From: Octopus vulgaris
Lineage: Eukaryota
Length of the DNA stretch: 64,000 nt
NCBI GenBank assembly: GCA_951406725.2
Contig: OX597815.1
Span: 153,264,001-153,328,000, forward strand
Direction of reading: 5' to 3'
Within the stretch, counting starts at the first letter, position 1; the number at the start of each line of letters is the position of its first letter. Shown piece by piece: positions 41,870-56,528 of this stretch. The notes under the pieces were generated by a model. That model searched no databases. It was not told the origin of the DNA and was given only the letters and a program-made list of their open reading frames with translations. The translations under genes and the position numbers were made by a program.

Positions 41870-42500
41870 TCTACGTTTTTGTCCATATATTTTTTATCAT
41901 GACCAATACTCCAATTATTACTGGTATTCTTTTCACCTTCATATCCTATATTTTGTATACTTCAATTTCGAGGTCTTAGTATTTTGACAATTTCTTCGCT
42001 TCTTTTTAGGCAATATTTTGGTTATACGAGACTGGAATGTCCATCAGTAAGCAGGTGTTTTTTCCCAATCCTTGATTATTATGTCTGGGCGATTAGCTTT
42101 TATTTCTTTATCAGTTTGAACAGGCATATCTCGAATGATTGTTGCCTGGTCGTTGTCATGTGCTTTGTTTGGCACATGTTTATACCATTTGCTGTCAGTC
42201 TTTTTTTTTATGTTGTAGTGTTAGCATATTGTCTAGTGGATATAGTTGCTTTCAGATTTGGCAAGGACTGGATAGCCAGAGATGGTGTGGCCAACTGTTT
42301 CATTGTGCTGGTTATACATTCTGTATTTGGTGCTAGGGCCTGTTTTCATTATTTTGCTTTTATTATTGTTTGTAGTCAGGCATTAGTCTTGTGCAGCGAG
42401 AATCAGTCTTTCCGTTTAGTCCAGAGCTTTTGAGTCATTGTTGGTTTTTACTTTGCCAAGCCTTGCAAGATATTAGCCTTAGAATGATTTTTCTCTCCAT
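41870..42500 (-). mobile_element. Decayed RLE-type LINE fragment
   Basis: Minus: KWYKHVPNK, DMPVQTDKEIKANRPDIIIKD, KEAKKLSKY*DLEIEV and IPVIIGVL. Confidence 0.8.
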
Positions 42501-42699
42501 TTCTTCACGCCGGGCAAAATGCTTAGCTGTATTTCGTCTGTCCTTACGTTCTGAGTTCAAGTTCCATCGAGGTCATCTTTGTCGTTCATCTTTTTAGAGT
42601 CGATGAAATAAGTACCAGTTACTGAGGTCAGTGTAATCGACTTACCCCTCCCCCAAAATTTCAGGCATTGTGCCTATAATAGAAAGGATTATTATTATT

Positions 42700-43042
42700 A
42701 TTGTTGTTGTTGTTGTTTTGATTCTCGCTGTTCTATTTGCGGTTGTTCTTTACTTGAAAGCGGGCAATAACAAATCACTAAAAGTTTCAGACAATACTCT
42801 CCTTCGATTGCGAGCTGTACCCAACAATGCTGTTTTCTAGATCACTTCAAGCCTGACAGCAGCTCCAATATTCTTAATATGTTTCTCAAAGCTTTTTCAC
42901 ACTGCTCCTAATACTTCAATTACCACCAGAATCACTATTACTTTCCTCATGCCCCATAACTTTCCTATCTCGTCCTGCAGTGACTGGTATTTCTCCCTCT
43001 TTTCTGTTTCCTTACATTTCACCCTAGAATCGCTTGGTATTG
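42700..43042 (-). mobile_element. 3' end of another RLE-type LINE
   Basis: Minus: AKIIDVAIPSDSRVKCKETEKREKYQSLQDEIGKLWGMRKVIVILVVIEVLGAV*...KTALLGTARNRRRVLS; bounded by (ATT)/(GTT) tracts. Confidence 0.8.
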
Positions 43043-43061
43043 CAACATCTATTATCTTTGC

Positions 43062-43132
<71 letters not shown>

Positions 43133-44207
43133 GAGTGAGAGAGCAGTGCATGCCATCAAAGTGGCACAGGGGTAAAATATACGAAACCCAATATACCCAT
43201 CATGACTACCCGTCTGATAAGGGCACACCAGGCACATGCATCACAACCATATGTACGCGACATGGTGATCTCATATCAAGATAAACAGCGCATGACCTTG
43301 CAGGTGGGGCCCAGTTAGAACTTTCTTCTGGTTGAGTAGCCCATCCCGCTCAAAAGGTCCTTGAATAAGGATCGTTTAAGGATGTTGAACGAACCACTCA
43401 TTATCCAAACCTCTAAGAATTCCTTTCAACACACGGCTATGATGCTCCCCCATTACTCCTGCTCATGATCAGAGATACACATATCGTCAGCCACTAAGGG
43501 ACATGCTCAACTGGTTAAGGTCAAACAACTGACAAGCAAATCTGTGGCATTAAGCACAATATTTTCTGTAGCCCATCTTTTATACCAAGACAAAACAATG
43601 TACATAATAACACTTCCAATCAGTTAAGATCAGAAGCTATGAGAGCCACTGTCTGGTACTGTATCAGGGCATTTATTATTATTATTATTATTATTGAGTG
43701 AGCGAGCAGAGCATGCCATCAAAGTGACACTGGGCTAAAATATACGAAGCCCAGTATACCCATCATGACTACCCGTCCGATAAGGGCACACCAGGCACAT
43801 GCATCACAACCATATGTGCGCGACATGGTGATCTCATATCAAGATAAACAGCACATGACCTTGCAGGTGGAAGCCCAGTTAGAATTTTCTTCAGATCGAG
43901 TAACCCATCCCGCTCAAATGGTCCCTGAATAAGGGCTGTCCAAGGACGTTGAACGAAACACCCATGTTTCCAGAGGTGAATTATTCAAACCCCAAAGAAT
44001 CCCTCTCAACACATGGCTATGATGCTCCCCCACTACTTCTGCTCGTGATCAGAGATGCACATATCGTCAGCCACTAAGGGACATGCTCAACTGGTTAAGG
44101 TCAAACAACTGACAAGCAAATCTGTGGTATTGAGCAGAATATTTGCTGTAGCCCATCTTTTATACCAAGACAAAACAATGTACATGATAACATGGTATTG
44201 AGCAGAA
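43133..44207 (-). mobile_element. Two head-to-tail copies of a ~540-bp non-coding repeat, each bounded by (ATT)n
   Basis: 43133-43672 and 43696-44207 align (gagtgag.gagcag.gcatgccatcaaagtg...cagccactaagggacatgctcaactggttaaggtcaaac...). (ATT)n lies before, between and after the copies. Strand inferred from the (AAT)n tail. Confidence 0.8.
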
Positions 44208-44236
44208 TTATTATTATTATTATTATTATTATTATA

Positions 44237-44289
<53 letters not shown>

Positions 44290-44402
44290 TTTCAATCTGC
44301 ATCTTTGTCACAATCGCATGCCGAGACACACCTAGTGTCCTGGGGCGACTGAAGGATAAGCGATATCATTATTATTATTATTATCATTATTATTATTATT
44401 AT

Positions 44403-44434
<32 letters not shown>

Positions 44435-47034
44435 TTGTTATTATTATCATCATCATCATCATCATCATCATGTTGTCTGTTAGTAAATGGCTTCAGTCGC
44501 GTCCGTTTATAAGTTTTACTTAGCTATTAGTTTCTAAATGCAAGAATATATTTTTTTTCTATTTGAAATCCAACGATATGAAAAAAAAAATGGAGAATCA
44601 AAACTATGAAAGCTGTTGTTTTCTTTTTGCTTCTTTTTGCATCAAAATAAAATATCAGAAAGGAAGAATTAAAACGAGTGAGGAAAAAAAAATCATTGAA
44701 TTGCTGGAAGATATGTTTTACAAAATTGTTGAACAAAGAAATCTAGAACTATCTTTAACAATTAATACTGAATACACTCATGTACAATTTCACACAAACA
44801 TCCGCACATACATACATACGTGCATGCATACACACACATACTCTCTATCCATTTCTTCCTCGCTCTCTCTCTCTCCATATATATATATATATATATCACA
44901 CACGCATACACACACATACACGCGCACACACACACACATACACGCGCACACACACACACACACTCGCAATCACTCACACAATGACCAAAACGAAATGTTT
45001 TGTTAAAAGTATCCATTATCTTAGCTTTACATTAACTACTTTTTTTGGTGTACAACAGGCAAAATGTTGGCGGTATTTTGTATTTTGTATTTTTGAGGCA
45101 CAGCTGTTAGATTGTTAGTGCAACAGATAAAAATGCTTTGTGTAATTTCTTTAGGCTGCGTTTAAATACCACTGAGTACAACTTGTCTTTTATCCTTCTA
45201 GGCCCGGTAAAATGAAATACCAGTTAAATAATGAAATCGTGTTAATCAATTAATCCTCTACACACAAATTTCTTCCGTCGCGTCTATATCAGAAATAATT
45301 ATTTAATTGTGGGTGTAAGAGAAGATGGTGAACGACAAGGAAGATGAGGATGAAGTGCTGTGCAATTGCATTTGTCTTTAGTATCTGCATTAATGATTTT
45401 CGCCTCATCACAATGTCATCGCTTTCCCGTCATAATAACATTGAGTGCTTAAGTGTAGACTGTACAAGATGTTAATGTAGGACAATACGTAATATAACAA
45501 ACGATATTAGGACGGAACTCGGGAGCTCTGTAGATAAAATATACAATCATACTGAGGACAGAAAAGGTAGTATAGTACGAGACTGTATTCTTAACGATAT
45601 TTAGTTAAGTGAATTTTAGTTTTGGAAGTAAAATTCCTCTCTGAGTTGAGTTTAATTATCAGTCTACCGAGGTTAATAAATTAATAATGAGTAAAGTATA
45701 AGGGACAATTTAATCAACTGTATCTCTCTCTTGCAAATATGTAGCTTTCTGAAATCAATATAGTTAGCTGAATTAGCAGAAAGAAACATCTAAACAACAG
45801 TTTATTGAATTTTTTTCTTTTGTATCAGTTACTGTAGAAACAATCAAGTAAACTCTAAAAATAATTCACCATATCACCATTTTTAATCTCTGCAGCATAA
45901 CTTGCATAATGATTAACTTTTACGAAAATGATTTTTTTTTCAAAAAATATGAGACGAGCGTTTTGGTTGAGAAGCAAAAATAATTGTGAAATGAAATTCA
46001 ATGTTGCGTTAAGAATTAATATTTAATATTTAATTTCTAAGTAATTCTACTTCTCTGCACCAATAGACATACAACCTTATATGTTTACGTAGCAAATAGT
46101 AATCAGTAATTACTATTTTGGCATGCATAGCATATCGACTCAAGCATGTTGAGACGGATTTCCAACGAGGTTAGCAGACGATAAGGACAATGGGATTCAG
46201 CGGTCAGAGGACAGGTTAATCAAGTGTTGTGACCAAACTAAGAGGACGACGAGACAGTATTGCATTGTTATTCACTCATCTGTTTGATCCACTCCGTTAT
46301 TCACTCATCGTCTTGCCTCCGGATAAAGGCAAGTCAGAGGAAAAGAGCGAGGTTAATGTAATGCAGCTCTCCTCTCTTAAAATCTAATTCATGCGCAGGT
46401 CATGACAATACACAATGCTATCGTCAACATCCCTTAGATCGGCACACAGGAAACGTCAGCAATTATAGCTAGTGATATGCTTCACTGAGGAGGTTTATTA
46501 AAACCGCAACTTGTCCGTACTTGCCAGAAAAAGAAAATGTTAGTCAGTGTCTCTATCGTTTTCTTTTTGATTTTTTTAGTCCCTACATATTTAATTTTAA
46601 TTATTCTTTTTAATGTTCCCTGCATTAAATATAACATTAATTTATATTGACCCCCTATTTATATTTATCTATTAATATTTACGATGTGCATAGACATGCC
46701 TTAAGAGTTAAGGAGTTTACTTCGCAACCACGTAGTTCTGGGTTCGGTCCAACAGTGCGTTAGGTCGAGCAAATGACCTTATAGCCCCAGAGAAGCCCAA
46801 GAAACTTTAAGGGAAATTGAGAAAACAGAAAGTTTGTGGATGGGCTTGTACCAGTAGACTTAATCCTTCGTCCGATTAATAATCACCACCTCGTCTTTAT
46901 GTGCTTTTAGTTCAATCCGTTGTAAATATTTAGATCTTATGAGTCCTGGTTTGCTGCTCCCTTTTCCAACCTGTCTCGAAGGTCCTTTACAGAAGGTGAT
47001 AATTACTGCCCTTTCTGCCTGGACTAAATAATGT

Positions 47035-47244
47035 TTTCAAATTTTGGCACAAGGCCAGGAATTTGGGGAAATGGGGCCAGTAAATTCCATCGACCCCAAT
47101 GCTCAACTGATACTTATTTTATCTACTTCGAAAAGATGAAAGGCAAAGTCAACCTCGGCGGAACTTGAACTTAGAACGTAAAGACAGAAGAAAAACTGTG
47201 AAGCATATTGCCCGACGTGCTAACGATTCTGCCAGCTCACCGCC
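47035..47244 (-). mobile_element. SINE family A
   Basis: Reverse complement of the family A consensus seen elsewhere in the window. Confidence 0.85.
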
Positions 47245-47619
47245 TTACTAAATAACAATACATGAAATTTTGTGTCGATTTTTTTGTTTTTTTACGTACC
47301 ACATCTCTTGATAGTTCTTTATCTTAATATAACTTGCCCGAATTCTCTAACTATCACAAATTCTTGGATCTGAATGGTTAAGAATCTCGCTTCACAGTTA
47401 CGAGGCTCCGATTTCAATAGCAGAACGTCACATCTTGGGCAAATCTCTTTTATCATAACCTTTGATCAGCCCATGCCTTGTAAGTGATACTGGGAAGACG
47501 TAAAATGTCACGGAAGCCCTGTCGTATGGAGTGTACATGTAACTTAAAGAATTAGCTTAGTTACACAGTGTTATACATATTCTGTCTGAATATTATATTG
47601 AGGATACATAGTTCATTTC

Positions 47620-48000
47620 GCAAACAAGTGGTTTTAGGTTCAGTTCCACTGTGCGGCACCTTGGGCAAGTGTCTTTTACTATAGCTGTGGGTTGACCAAT
47701 ACCTTTTGAGAGAACTTAGTTGTCGGAAACTGTATGGAAGCCAGTCGTATGTGTGTGCGCGTGTTTGTATCTCCATGTGTGTGTGTCTGTGTAGTTTTGT
47801 GCCATGCCCCACCACCGCTTGAAAACCGGTGTTGTTTTGCTTACGTCTCCATAATTTTTCGATTCCGCAGAAGAGTCCCATAGAATAAATATATAAATAC
47901 CACACTTAAAACAATAAGTACTGAGGCCGATTTTTTCGACTAAACTCTTCAAGCCAGTGCCCTAGCATGACCGCAGTCCAATAACTGTAACAAGTAAGAT
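47620..48000 (+). mobile_element. SINE family B (diverged)
   Basis: ggttcagttccactgtgcggcaccttgggcaagtgtctt...cagcatgaccgcagtc-like tail. Confidence 0.75.
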
Positions 48001-48703
48001 AACAGATAAAGATTAAGATATAAAATATCTGTGAAATACTTAGCTACTTACGCGCTACTTCAATCAAAAAGCAGTTCAGCGAATCGGACATCTGAAAACT
48101 CATAACTCTATATGACGGAGATCCATTTCTTTACAACGGCTACTTCACAATCACTGATATAATATATTAGCAGTTCATAGAAGTTCGGTTTTATTTTAAG
48201 AAACTAAGGTCATTACAAAATATGATTTCTCTTAATAAAATATTCACCTTCTTAAGGTCTCTATAGTGGCTGCCAAATAATAAGATTGGTATCTAGTCAT
48301 TAAGTTGAATCATTAACTCAGAAATTTGTTGTGACAGAATTTCACGTAGAATCTTATCACTGCCATACTCTGGTTATGAATATACAAACGTGACGACAGT
48401 AGCAAAGAGAAATCTTAGATGTCGACTGGGATTCTGTGTAATTTCCATGTAAACTGATCTCTTAGTAAATGGATCACAGTGGTAAAACTGACAACGAAAT
48501 TTTAATAGAAACGGATGTAATTTCGCCAGTGGGTTTAGGGGACTTATATATACATACATACATACATACATACATACATACATACATACATACATACATA
48601 CGTATATACGTACGTATATACATACATACATACATACATACATAGACACATTCAATACGTATATATACACACAATTACGCACATTCACCTTTCTCTCTCA
48701 CTC

Positions 48704-48737
<34 letters not shown>

Positions 48738-48832
48738 CTATATATACATACACAAACACTAACACACACATTCACATACGTATGTATATATATATATATA
48801 CGCATACGTACATGTGTATGAGCGTATGTGAG

Positions 48833-48904
<72 letters not shown>

Positions 48905-49070
48905 GGCGTGTGGTTTAGTTGCTAGAATGTTGTACTAATGATCGTAAGATTGTGGTGTCGATTCCTGGTTATTATATGGGAACAAGAACAGAAAGTAATG
49001 AGACAAGTACAATATCAAAATATAGATGTAGTCAGTATACATACATATATACATACATACATACATACAT

Positions 49071-49157
<87 letters not shown>

Positions 49158-49159
<2 letters not shown>

Positions 49160-50071
49160 AGGTGGTACCTAAAAGTAACTGGAAATTTTCTCTGTGGGAC
49201 AAGCCCGTTGTAGTTCAAGCCTCTGTCGCTAGAAGCCACTTGATACAACCCTCAGGCATCAGTTTACCGACCAGCATCATTGAGTGAGATCGTACTGCCA
49301 CGTTGTGGATCTTCGTTTTGCAATGCTTCCCCCCAGTTGCAATGCCTCTCCCCTGATTGTTGCGATGGCTGAATCGAAAGAACAGCGTGCTTCCGTGGTG
49401 AAATTCTGCTGGAGAAAACGTCGGCCGAAACAGCTGTTATGTTTCAAACAGCTTACAAGGACGCTGCCATGAGTAAAATACAAGTTTACGAGCGGTTTTC
49501 ACGCTTTAGGAATGGTCACTTGTCGTTTGAAGACCAACTTCGTTCAGGGCGACCGTCGACCTCCCAGACGAATGAAAACATTATGAAAATTCATGAATCG
49601 ATCTTGGAGGACAATCAACGAACAAGTGACGAACTTGATATGAATGGTGTGTCCTGGAGCTCCTGCCAACGAATTTTGAGGGAGGAAATGGGAATAAAAA
49701 GAGTTGCAGCAAAATGTGTGCCTCACTTGCTCACGGAAGATGAAAAACAGTCACAGCTAAATGCATGTCGTGAACTGAAATAACAGTTGGAAATTGTTCT
49801 GGATCTTTTTTCGAAGGTCATCACTGATGTTGAAACCTAGTGTTACAGAATTTGCAGATGTAGAAGAGGTGAAGGAGAAACAAAACGACGGACGGGTTAA
49901 AAGGCATCCCTTCGCAAGAGTTCCAGCACTGCTTCGAATCGTGGAAAACGCATCTGGATCGATGTACTGCTTCAAATGGAGAATATTGTGAAGGCGATAA
50001 AAGTGTAAACATGTCAAACTAAGTGAATTAAATAGCATCGCAAAATTCCAATTCCTTTTGGGTACTCCCTC

Positions 50072-50072
<1 letters not shown>
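49158..50072 (+). mobile_element. Internally deleted mariner element with both TIRs, inserted in (TA)n
   Basis: TIRs cgaggtggtacctaaaagtaactggaa / ttccaattccttttgggtactccctcg|TA. Residual transposase MAESKEQRASVVKFC, AYKDAAMSKIQVYERFSRFRNG, RSGRPSTS, AKCVPHLLT (WVPHEL motif) and C-terminal FQHCFESWKTHLDRC..GEY.EGD. The DDD catalytic core is deleted. Confidence 0.9.
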
Positions 50073-50117
<45 letters not shown>

Positions 50118-50255
50118 CCTTCTTTCCTGAGCGTCAATAATACTTTAATTGTTCCACGTTCTGCGTTGCTGTGTTTTTTTCTCTTTTTTTCTCTTTTTTC
50201 TGTGTTTTCTTGTTTGGATTAACTATATATATATATATGTATATATATATGTGTG

Positions 50256-50341
<86 letters not shown>

Positions 50342-50356
50342 TGTATATACATATAC

Positions 50357-50426
<70 letters not shown>

Positions 50427-50591
50427 GTACACACACACATACACAAACAAAGTTGACACTCACGAACACACAAATATAGATATATGGGTTGACTAACTTT
50501 ACTACCAGTATTCAGTTCTTTCATTACTTAATACTATGCATCGTCATTTATATCTTAACACCGTAAAAACATTGCCGACGGTATCGTCTGA

Positions 50592-50636
<45 letters not shown>

Positions 50637-51748
50637 TTTGACGAAGTGTGTAGGAGCAGGCATGCAAAAGTCTTTGATCCAGTAAACTCTTCAAAACTGC
50701 ATCCCAACAGGTTCCTAATTGTAGGATGGAAGGTAATGTCGACCTCGGCGGAATATGAGCTCAAAGAGTAAAGCTGGAAGAATGCCGCTAAGCATTTTGT
50801 CCGGCGAAACAATCTAAAGAGAATAAAAGAATACACACACACACACACACACATACACACACACAAAATGAGATTGGGAAATAGTCATTAATGGAAGTGC
50901 TAAAATATCTTAAGGTTTGTTATTTCACGACCACTATCCTAATCAAACAGAAACTCCTACGTTATCACCGTAGACGCGTTTTCGTACGCGTTAGTAATAT
51001 GCAGATAACATTATTAAGCTAATACACTTGAGATATCAAAGCAAGAAAACACATCGATATATCTAGATGCCATCTTACGGCACGGCAATAAAAGGACATG
51101 TAAAGCAATAATCTCATTTGAAACTCAATAAACGGGCGCTAAAAGATAATATGAAATTCTAGTTTATATTATAAACACACTGAGTGTGATGGAGCGGTGG
51201 CGTCTGGAGAGGATCGAACCAAATGACTTGCAGTATTTACAGTGGTCGATAAAATAAGCAACAGTAACATAATAGGATTGGGATGGATATAATCGATACT
51301 GAGTCGACAAGAAGTTCTCAAAACAGAAATCTCAGAGCCCACCCAATAATTAACAGTGAAACTTTTTGTCCCCTGATGGTAGTGGTAGTAGTGAGAGTTC
51401 GTGTGCAGATCGAACTAAGGTAACTATATTTATAGACTTCACGTTAATTGTAAATTGTGTCCAATTTCTAGATTAAAGCCGTGAAACAAGCCTTTTTCCT
51501 TCGTCAACACAATACACGAGAAATATAGATACAGATACTTGTACATACCCGTAAAAAACAGATTCGCACGTCCACATGCATGTATACGTGTAAATATTTT
51601 TATTTACACGTATATTTCTCAAGTTTAAAATGTGGAGTTTTTTTTATCTATATTCCAACGACGAAGTTTTGTATCTTTGTTATTAACCAGCTTCTTTCTT
51701 ATAGGAAGATTTCAAATAATTAAAAACAGAAGAGAATATTCACAAACT

Positions 51749-51779
<31 letters not shown>

Positions 51780-51927
51780 CAATAAAATAGATGGACAGGC
51801 GGTTGTTAATATATGTAAGTATATACATATACAGACACATACATGTAAATGTGTATATATATGTGTGTGTGTATGTATGTAAGTATGTATATATGTGTGT
51901 GTGTGCCTGTATATATATATATATATA

Positions 51928-52979
51928 TTTTTTTTTTTTTTAAATTTATTAATCTAGTTTCAGCTCACAAGCTGTGGCCATGCTGGGGCACCGCCATTTG
52001 GTGTTGCTACATGATTTTACTTCACGAATGCTTTTTAGCAATTGCCATTTGGTGCATGAGAGAGTTCGATGCAGCTGCCCTCATCTGCACCTCCTGCCGT
52101 GAAGTTGGTTCATCTGGGATACCTGACAAGAAGAGATCCAGTTTCATTTTAAAGACATCTGCATCCACCCCATGTAGGTCTCTTAGGTTCTTCGGGAGGA
52201 TATTGAAGAGCTGTGGGCCTCGGAAACCCAGACTATCACAGTATCTTGTCCTACATCTTGATGGCAAATTTGGAATCCTTGGCACTATGCAGTGGCGCCC
52301 AGTTCTGGCATTTGTGTAACTCTCGATGCCAAAGTTTGGGACAAGTCCTTCAAGGATCTTCCAGATATATATTATGGCATATCTTTCTCGCCTACGCTCT
52401 AAGGAATAGAGTCTCAATCTCTTGAGTCTTTCCCAATAGCTTATATGCTGCACAGAGGCTATCTTCTTCCTGTAGCTTCGTTGGATCGCCTCAAGTTCTG
52501 TGATTAACTTGACACTGGATGGTGACTATAGCTGAGAGCAATAGTCAAAGTGGCTTAGGACAAGTGTCCTCCAGAGGACCATCATGGTTTCCTGGTCTCT
52601 TGTTCTGAAGGTTCTAAGAATCCATCCGGTCAGCCGCCTACATTTCATTGCCAATTTAGCAAAATGCACATGAAAGGTTGCATCATCACTCATGTAAATA
52701 CCCAGGTCTCGCACTGATTGTGCCTCTGGGATTGCAGTCCCTCCAGGTCCAGTGTATTTATTGGGTATTGCATTTAGTTTTGCGTGCTGATAGCATAGAG
52801 CTTGAAACTTTTCAGCATTGAACCGCATGCTATTCTTTTCAGCCCACTTGTATATTTTGTCCAGCTCACATTGCAGGTGCTTAGTGTCTTCACGGTTCTG
52901 TATTGCCTGTGAAACTTTTGTATCATCTGCATAACTTGTGATCGTGGCTCTCTGCGTGGCTGAGGGCATGTCTGAGAGG

Positions 52980-52983
<4 letters not shown>
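51928..52983 (-). mobile_element. 5'-truncated, relatively young CR1-group LINE
   Basis: SYADDTKV, KWAEKNSMRFNAEKF, VRDLGI, DYCSQL* and SYWERLKRLRLYSLERRRERY in one frame with a single stop at 52526. AATAAA and poly(A) tail (T run 51928-51941). Flanked by (TA)n. Confidence 0.9.
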
Positions 52984-53030
<47 letters not shown>

Positions 53031-53686
53031 AGGAGATGTGGAACACGAGTTGTGATATATAAAAAAAGGAAATGAAGAAAATGCTGACAAAATAATTTAA
53101 GTAATTTAAGTGATTTAATTAGGTGAAAGTTCTTTTTACCGGTTGCGCATTTGTTATGTTTATCAAAAGATATTTTTTTAAGAGAGATAGAGTTCCTTTC
53201 TGATAGATTTTTTTCTTCTTATCTGACTTTATGTTGGGTTTGCTGTCTCTTATATGTATATATATATATATATGTATATATATGCGTGTATATACACACA
53301 CACAAATAGACAGATTGATGACACACTAGTCAATGCGCACCTTAGCAACTGTCCTTCATGAACTCATTAATCTGGAGTTCAGGGCATAACACACTACAGC
53401 TTCCGCATGTTTACTTGTGTCTACACCGGTATCCTCCCTTACACAACAGATGTAAAGTGTTATTACTTGATAACTGCATGGACAAGAGTCTATCTGGCCG
53501 CATCTGTGGAAGGTATCTAACATGTGTGCTATGCCAGTCTGTCTATCTGTCCATCTGTGTCTGGCTGAATATCTGTATATCTATCGAATATATATATATA
53601 TATATATTTATATACATCCATTCATTCATACATACATACGTACATACAGACAGATAGATAGTTAGAAAGATAGATAGTTATATCGT

Positions 53687-53772
<86 letters not shown>

Positions 53773-54119
53773 TACACACACGCCTTTTGCTTCCTAACCA
53801 CATAGTTCCGGGAGAATGTCACTGTGTGGCATCTTGCGCAAGTGTCTTCCAATACAGTCTCTGGCCGACCAAAGACATATAAGTAGATCTAGTAAGCGTA
53901 AACTGAAAAAAGCTCGTCCTATATATATATAAGAAACTATGACATTACAACCAGCCAGGCAAAGTCTTCGCTATACTTGCGGCACCTGCCAGGGGGAGTG
54001 TTTGTCCAGGATAGGACTACACAGCCACAGCAGATGTATTAGGACATGAAATGTAAAAGCCGGACTAGATTATTTTATGCGCAACTCCATTGTCTCGCTA
54101 GACAAAAAGGATGCCAACA

Positions 54120-54150
<31 letters not shown>

Positions 54151-54156
54151 TGTATG

Positions 54157-54222
<66 letters not shown>

Positions 54223-54233
<11 letters not shown>

Positions 54234-54470
54234 GAATGTTTGCAAATGCAATTTTAAAAGATGTTTATTCACTTGACCGGTTTCACTCTTTTAGAAAAAG
54301 ATTGTCAAAAGTAACATGTAAAAGCTTTGTTGTGCTAGGTACTGTTTGTCACAAAATATTTTGTGACAACCGGTCAAGTGAATAAACATCTTTTAAAATT
54401 GCATTTGCAAACCTTCTTTCATATATAGTTCCACTCGTGCGGTGCCTTACAACTTCACTTTGTTATAAAT
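54223..54470. mobile_element. Penelope-like inverted terminal structure
   Basis: Arms 54223-54282 and 54368-54427 are reverse complements; 24-bp perfect palindrome ttgtcacaaaatattttgtgacaa at the junction (54346-54369); same family as 7978-8200. Confidence 0.7.
54269..54314 (-). ncRNA. Minimal hammerhead motif with C3U/G8A core
   Basis: Minus: ttactt TTGACAA tctttt-tct-aaaaga gt GAAA ccgg TC aagtga; palindromic accggt stem III, GUC triplet. Confidence 0.65.
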
Positions 54471-54910
54471 ATATATATATGCGTGTGTGTATGTGGAGGG
54501 GTGTCTTTGTTCTGCACTGCTGCTCGATAACCGGTGTCGGGGTGTTTATGTCCCATTAACCTCGCAGCTCGGCGAAAGAGCCCAATAGAATAAGTACCAG
54601 GCTTAAAAATATGGGTATTAATTAATTTATTAAGTAATATTGCCTACAATTGTTTCAATTTACACTCAATACAAATTACAAACATATAGAATAAAATGAG
54701 TTCGCATTTAGCAGATTTAGAGCAAATATGACCAGAGCGAAAGGACACTAAGCAAGCTACAAGTTGATCGGCTGAGGGTTTTAACTCCTCTTTCAAGCAA
54801 ATGGGTACATATTGTACTCTGACTTTCTATTATATATTTTGCTAATTTGAATTATGTTTTACTGGTCACTTTAGAATTATTTTTATAGATAATGATAGCA
54901 TATTTCAATT

Positions 54911-54949
<39 letters not shown>

Positions 54950-54952
<3 letters not shown>

Positions 54953-55243
54953 GCAATGGCCCAGTAGTTAGGGCAGCGGACTCGCGGTTTCGATTCCTAG
55001 ACCGGGCGTTTTAAGTGTTTATTGAGTGAAAACACCAAACTCTCCACGAATCTCCGGCAGAGGGTGGTGGCGAACCCTGCTGTACTCTTTCGCCACAACT
55101 TTCTCTCACTCTTTCTTCTGTTGGCCTGCTCGCTTAGCCAGCGGGGTGGCTTCATTTGGAGGCTAAAACAATGCGAAGCGTTTTGTGACCAGCGATGTGT
55201 AACAACATCTGATAGCCTGGTCGGTCACAGTGATCACAGTGAT
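54950..55243 (+). mobile_element. SINE family C (deletion in tRNA head)
   Basis: Matches 23660-23942; the segment between two cgcgg repeats is lost. Confidence 0.85.
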
Positions 55244-55313
55244 ATATATATATATTTGTATGTATGTATGTATGTATGTATGTATGTATGTATGTATGTA
55301 TGTATGTATGTAT

Positions 55314-55403
<90 letters not shown>

Positions 55404-56213
55404 GGTTTAAAAGGTGCTAACGCACGAAACTCTCGGATCTTGAATTACTGTTACTTCTGCTAAATATTAAGAAAAATAAACAAATACTCATATTTTGAGT
55501 TCTGTATTTCCTGTTTGTGCCAACACACAGGCACCTATGTTTCCTGTTTGCACCAACGCACTCACACACATATAAGGCGAAGTCAAAAATTATCCGCACT
55601 TTCACCATAACGTATCTTTATTATTACCATACTGCCTTCTGCGCATTCGTCCTTATAGTTGGTACTATTGTCGTCATATGATCGAAGCTTGAGCGTGATA
55701 GCGCCGTTTTTCTTCCTGGCTTTACAAACATCCCTCCATACATACATGTGTATACACCCATACACACGAAAAATGTATATATTTTTGTTCACTACCCTCT
55801 CTATTTGTCTGTCTGTCTATCTCCTTTATATGGGATGATTAAAGTGTAGTCCGTAGTATCCGGGGGTTTTGGATAGATCATCTTCCTAGATCAATTTCTT
55901 CAGGTGATATAACATCAATGGATGTTTAACAGAGGGTCGTTTATCCAATTTGACCACAGAGAAGGTCGATTGTGTTGTGTGGGTATTTCTGTGTCTATTT
56001 GGTGGGGAGAAGGGGAAGGTAATGTAAACAGAGAAACGAATGGTAGTTATATGAGGATGGAGGTGTGTGTGGTAATACGGAATGTAATCTTAAGAAACGT
56101 GATTTGGGGAACTGCTCGTAGCGATGCATTAAATGTTTGCAAATTCCATCCCCAAGGGTTATTGTCAATATTGCTATATAGATATATACGATATATACAT
56201 ACATACATCCACA

Positions 56214-56251
<38 letters not shown>

Positions 56252-56311
56252 TATATATATATATATATATGAAATGTATACATATAAATATGAAATATAT
56301 ACATATATATA

Positions 56312-56466
56312 TGGCTGTGTGGTAAATAGCTTGCTTATCAACCACATGGTTCTGGGCTCAGTCTCACTGCATAACACCTTGGGCAAGTATTTTTTACTAT
56401 AGCCTCAGGCCAACCACAGCCTTGTCAGTGGATTTGGAAGACGGAAACTGAAAGAAGCCCGTCGTG

Positions 56467-56528
<62 letters not shown>

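Noticed and set aside
46225-46407. TG...CA segment with short imperfect inverted ends (solo LTR?)
   Set aside because: No target-site duplication, no second copy and no PBS/PPT.
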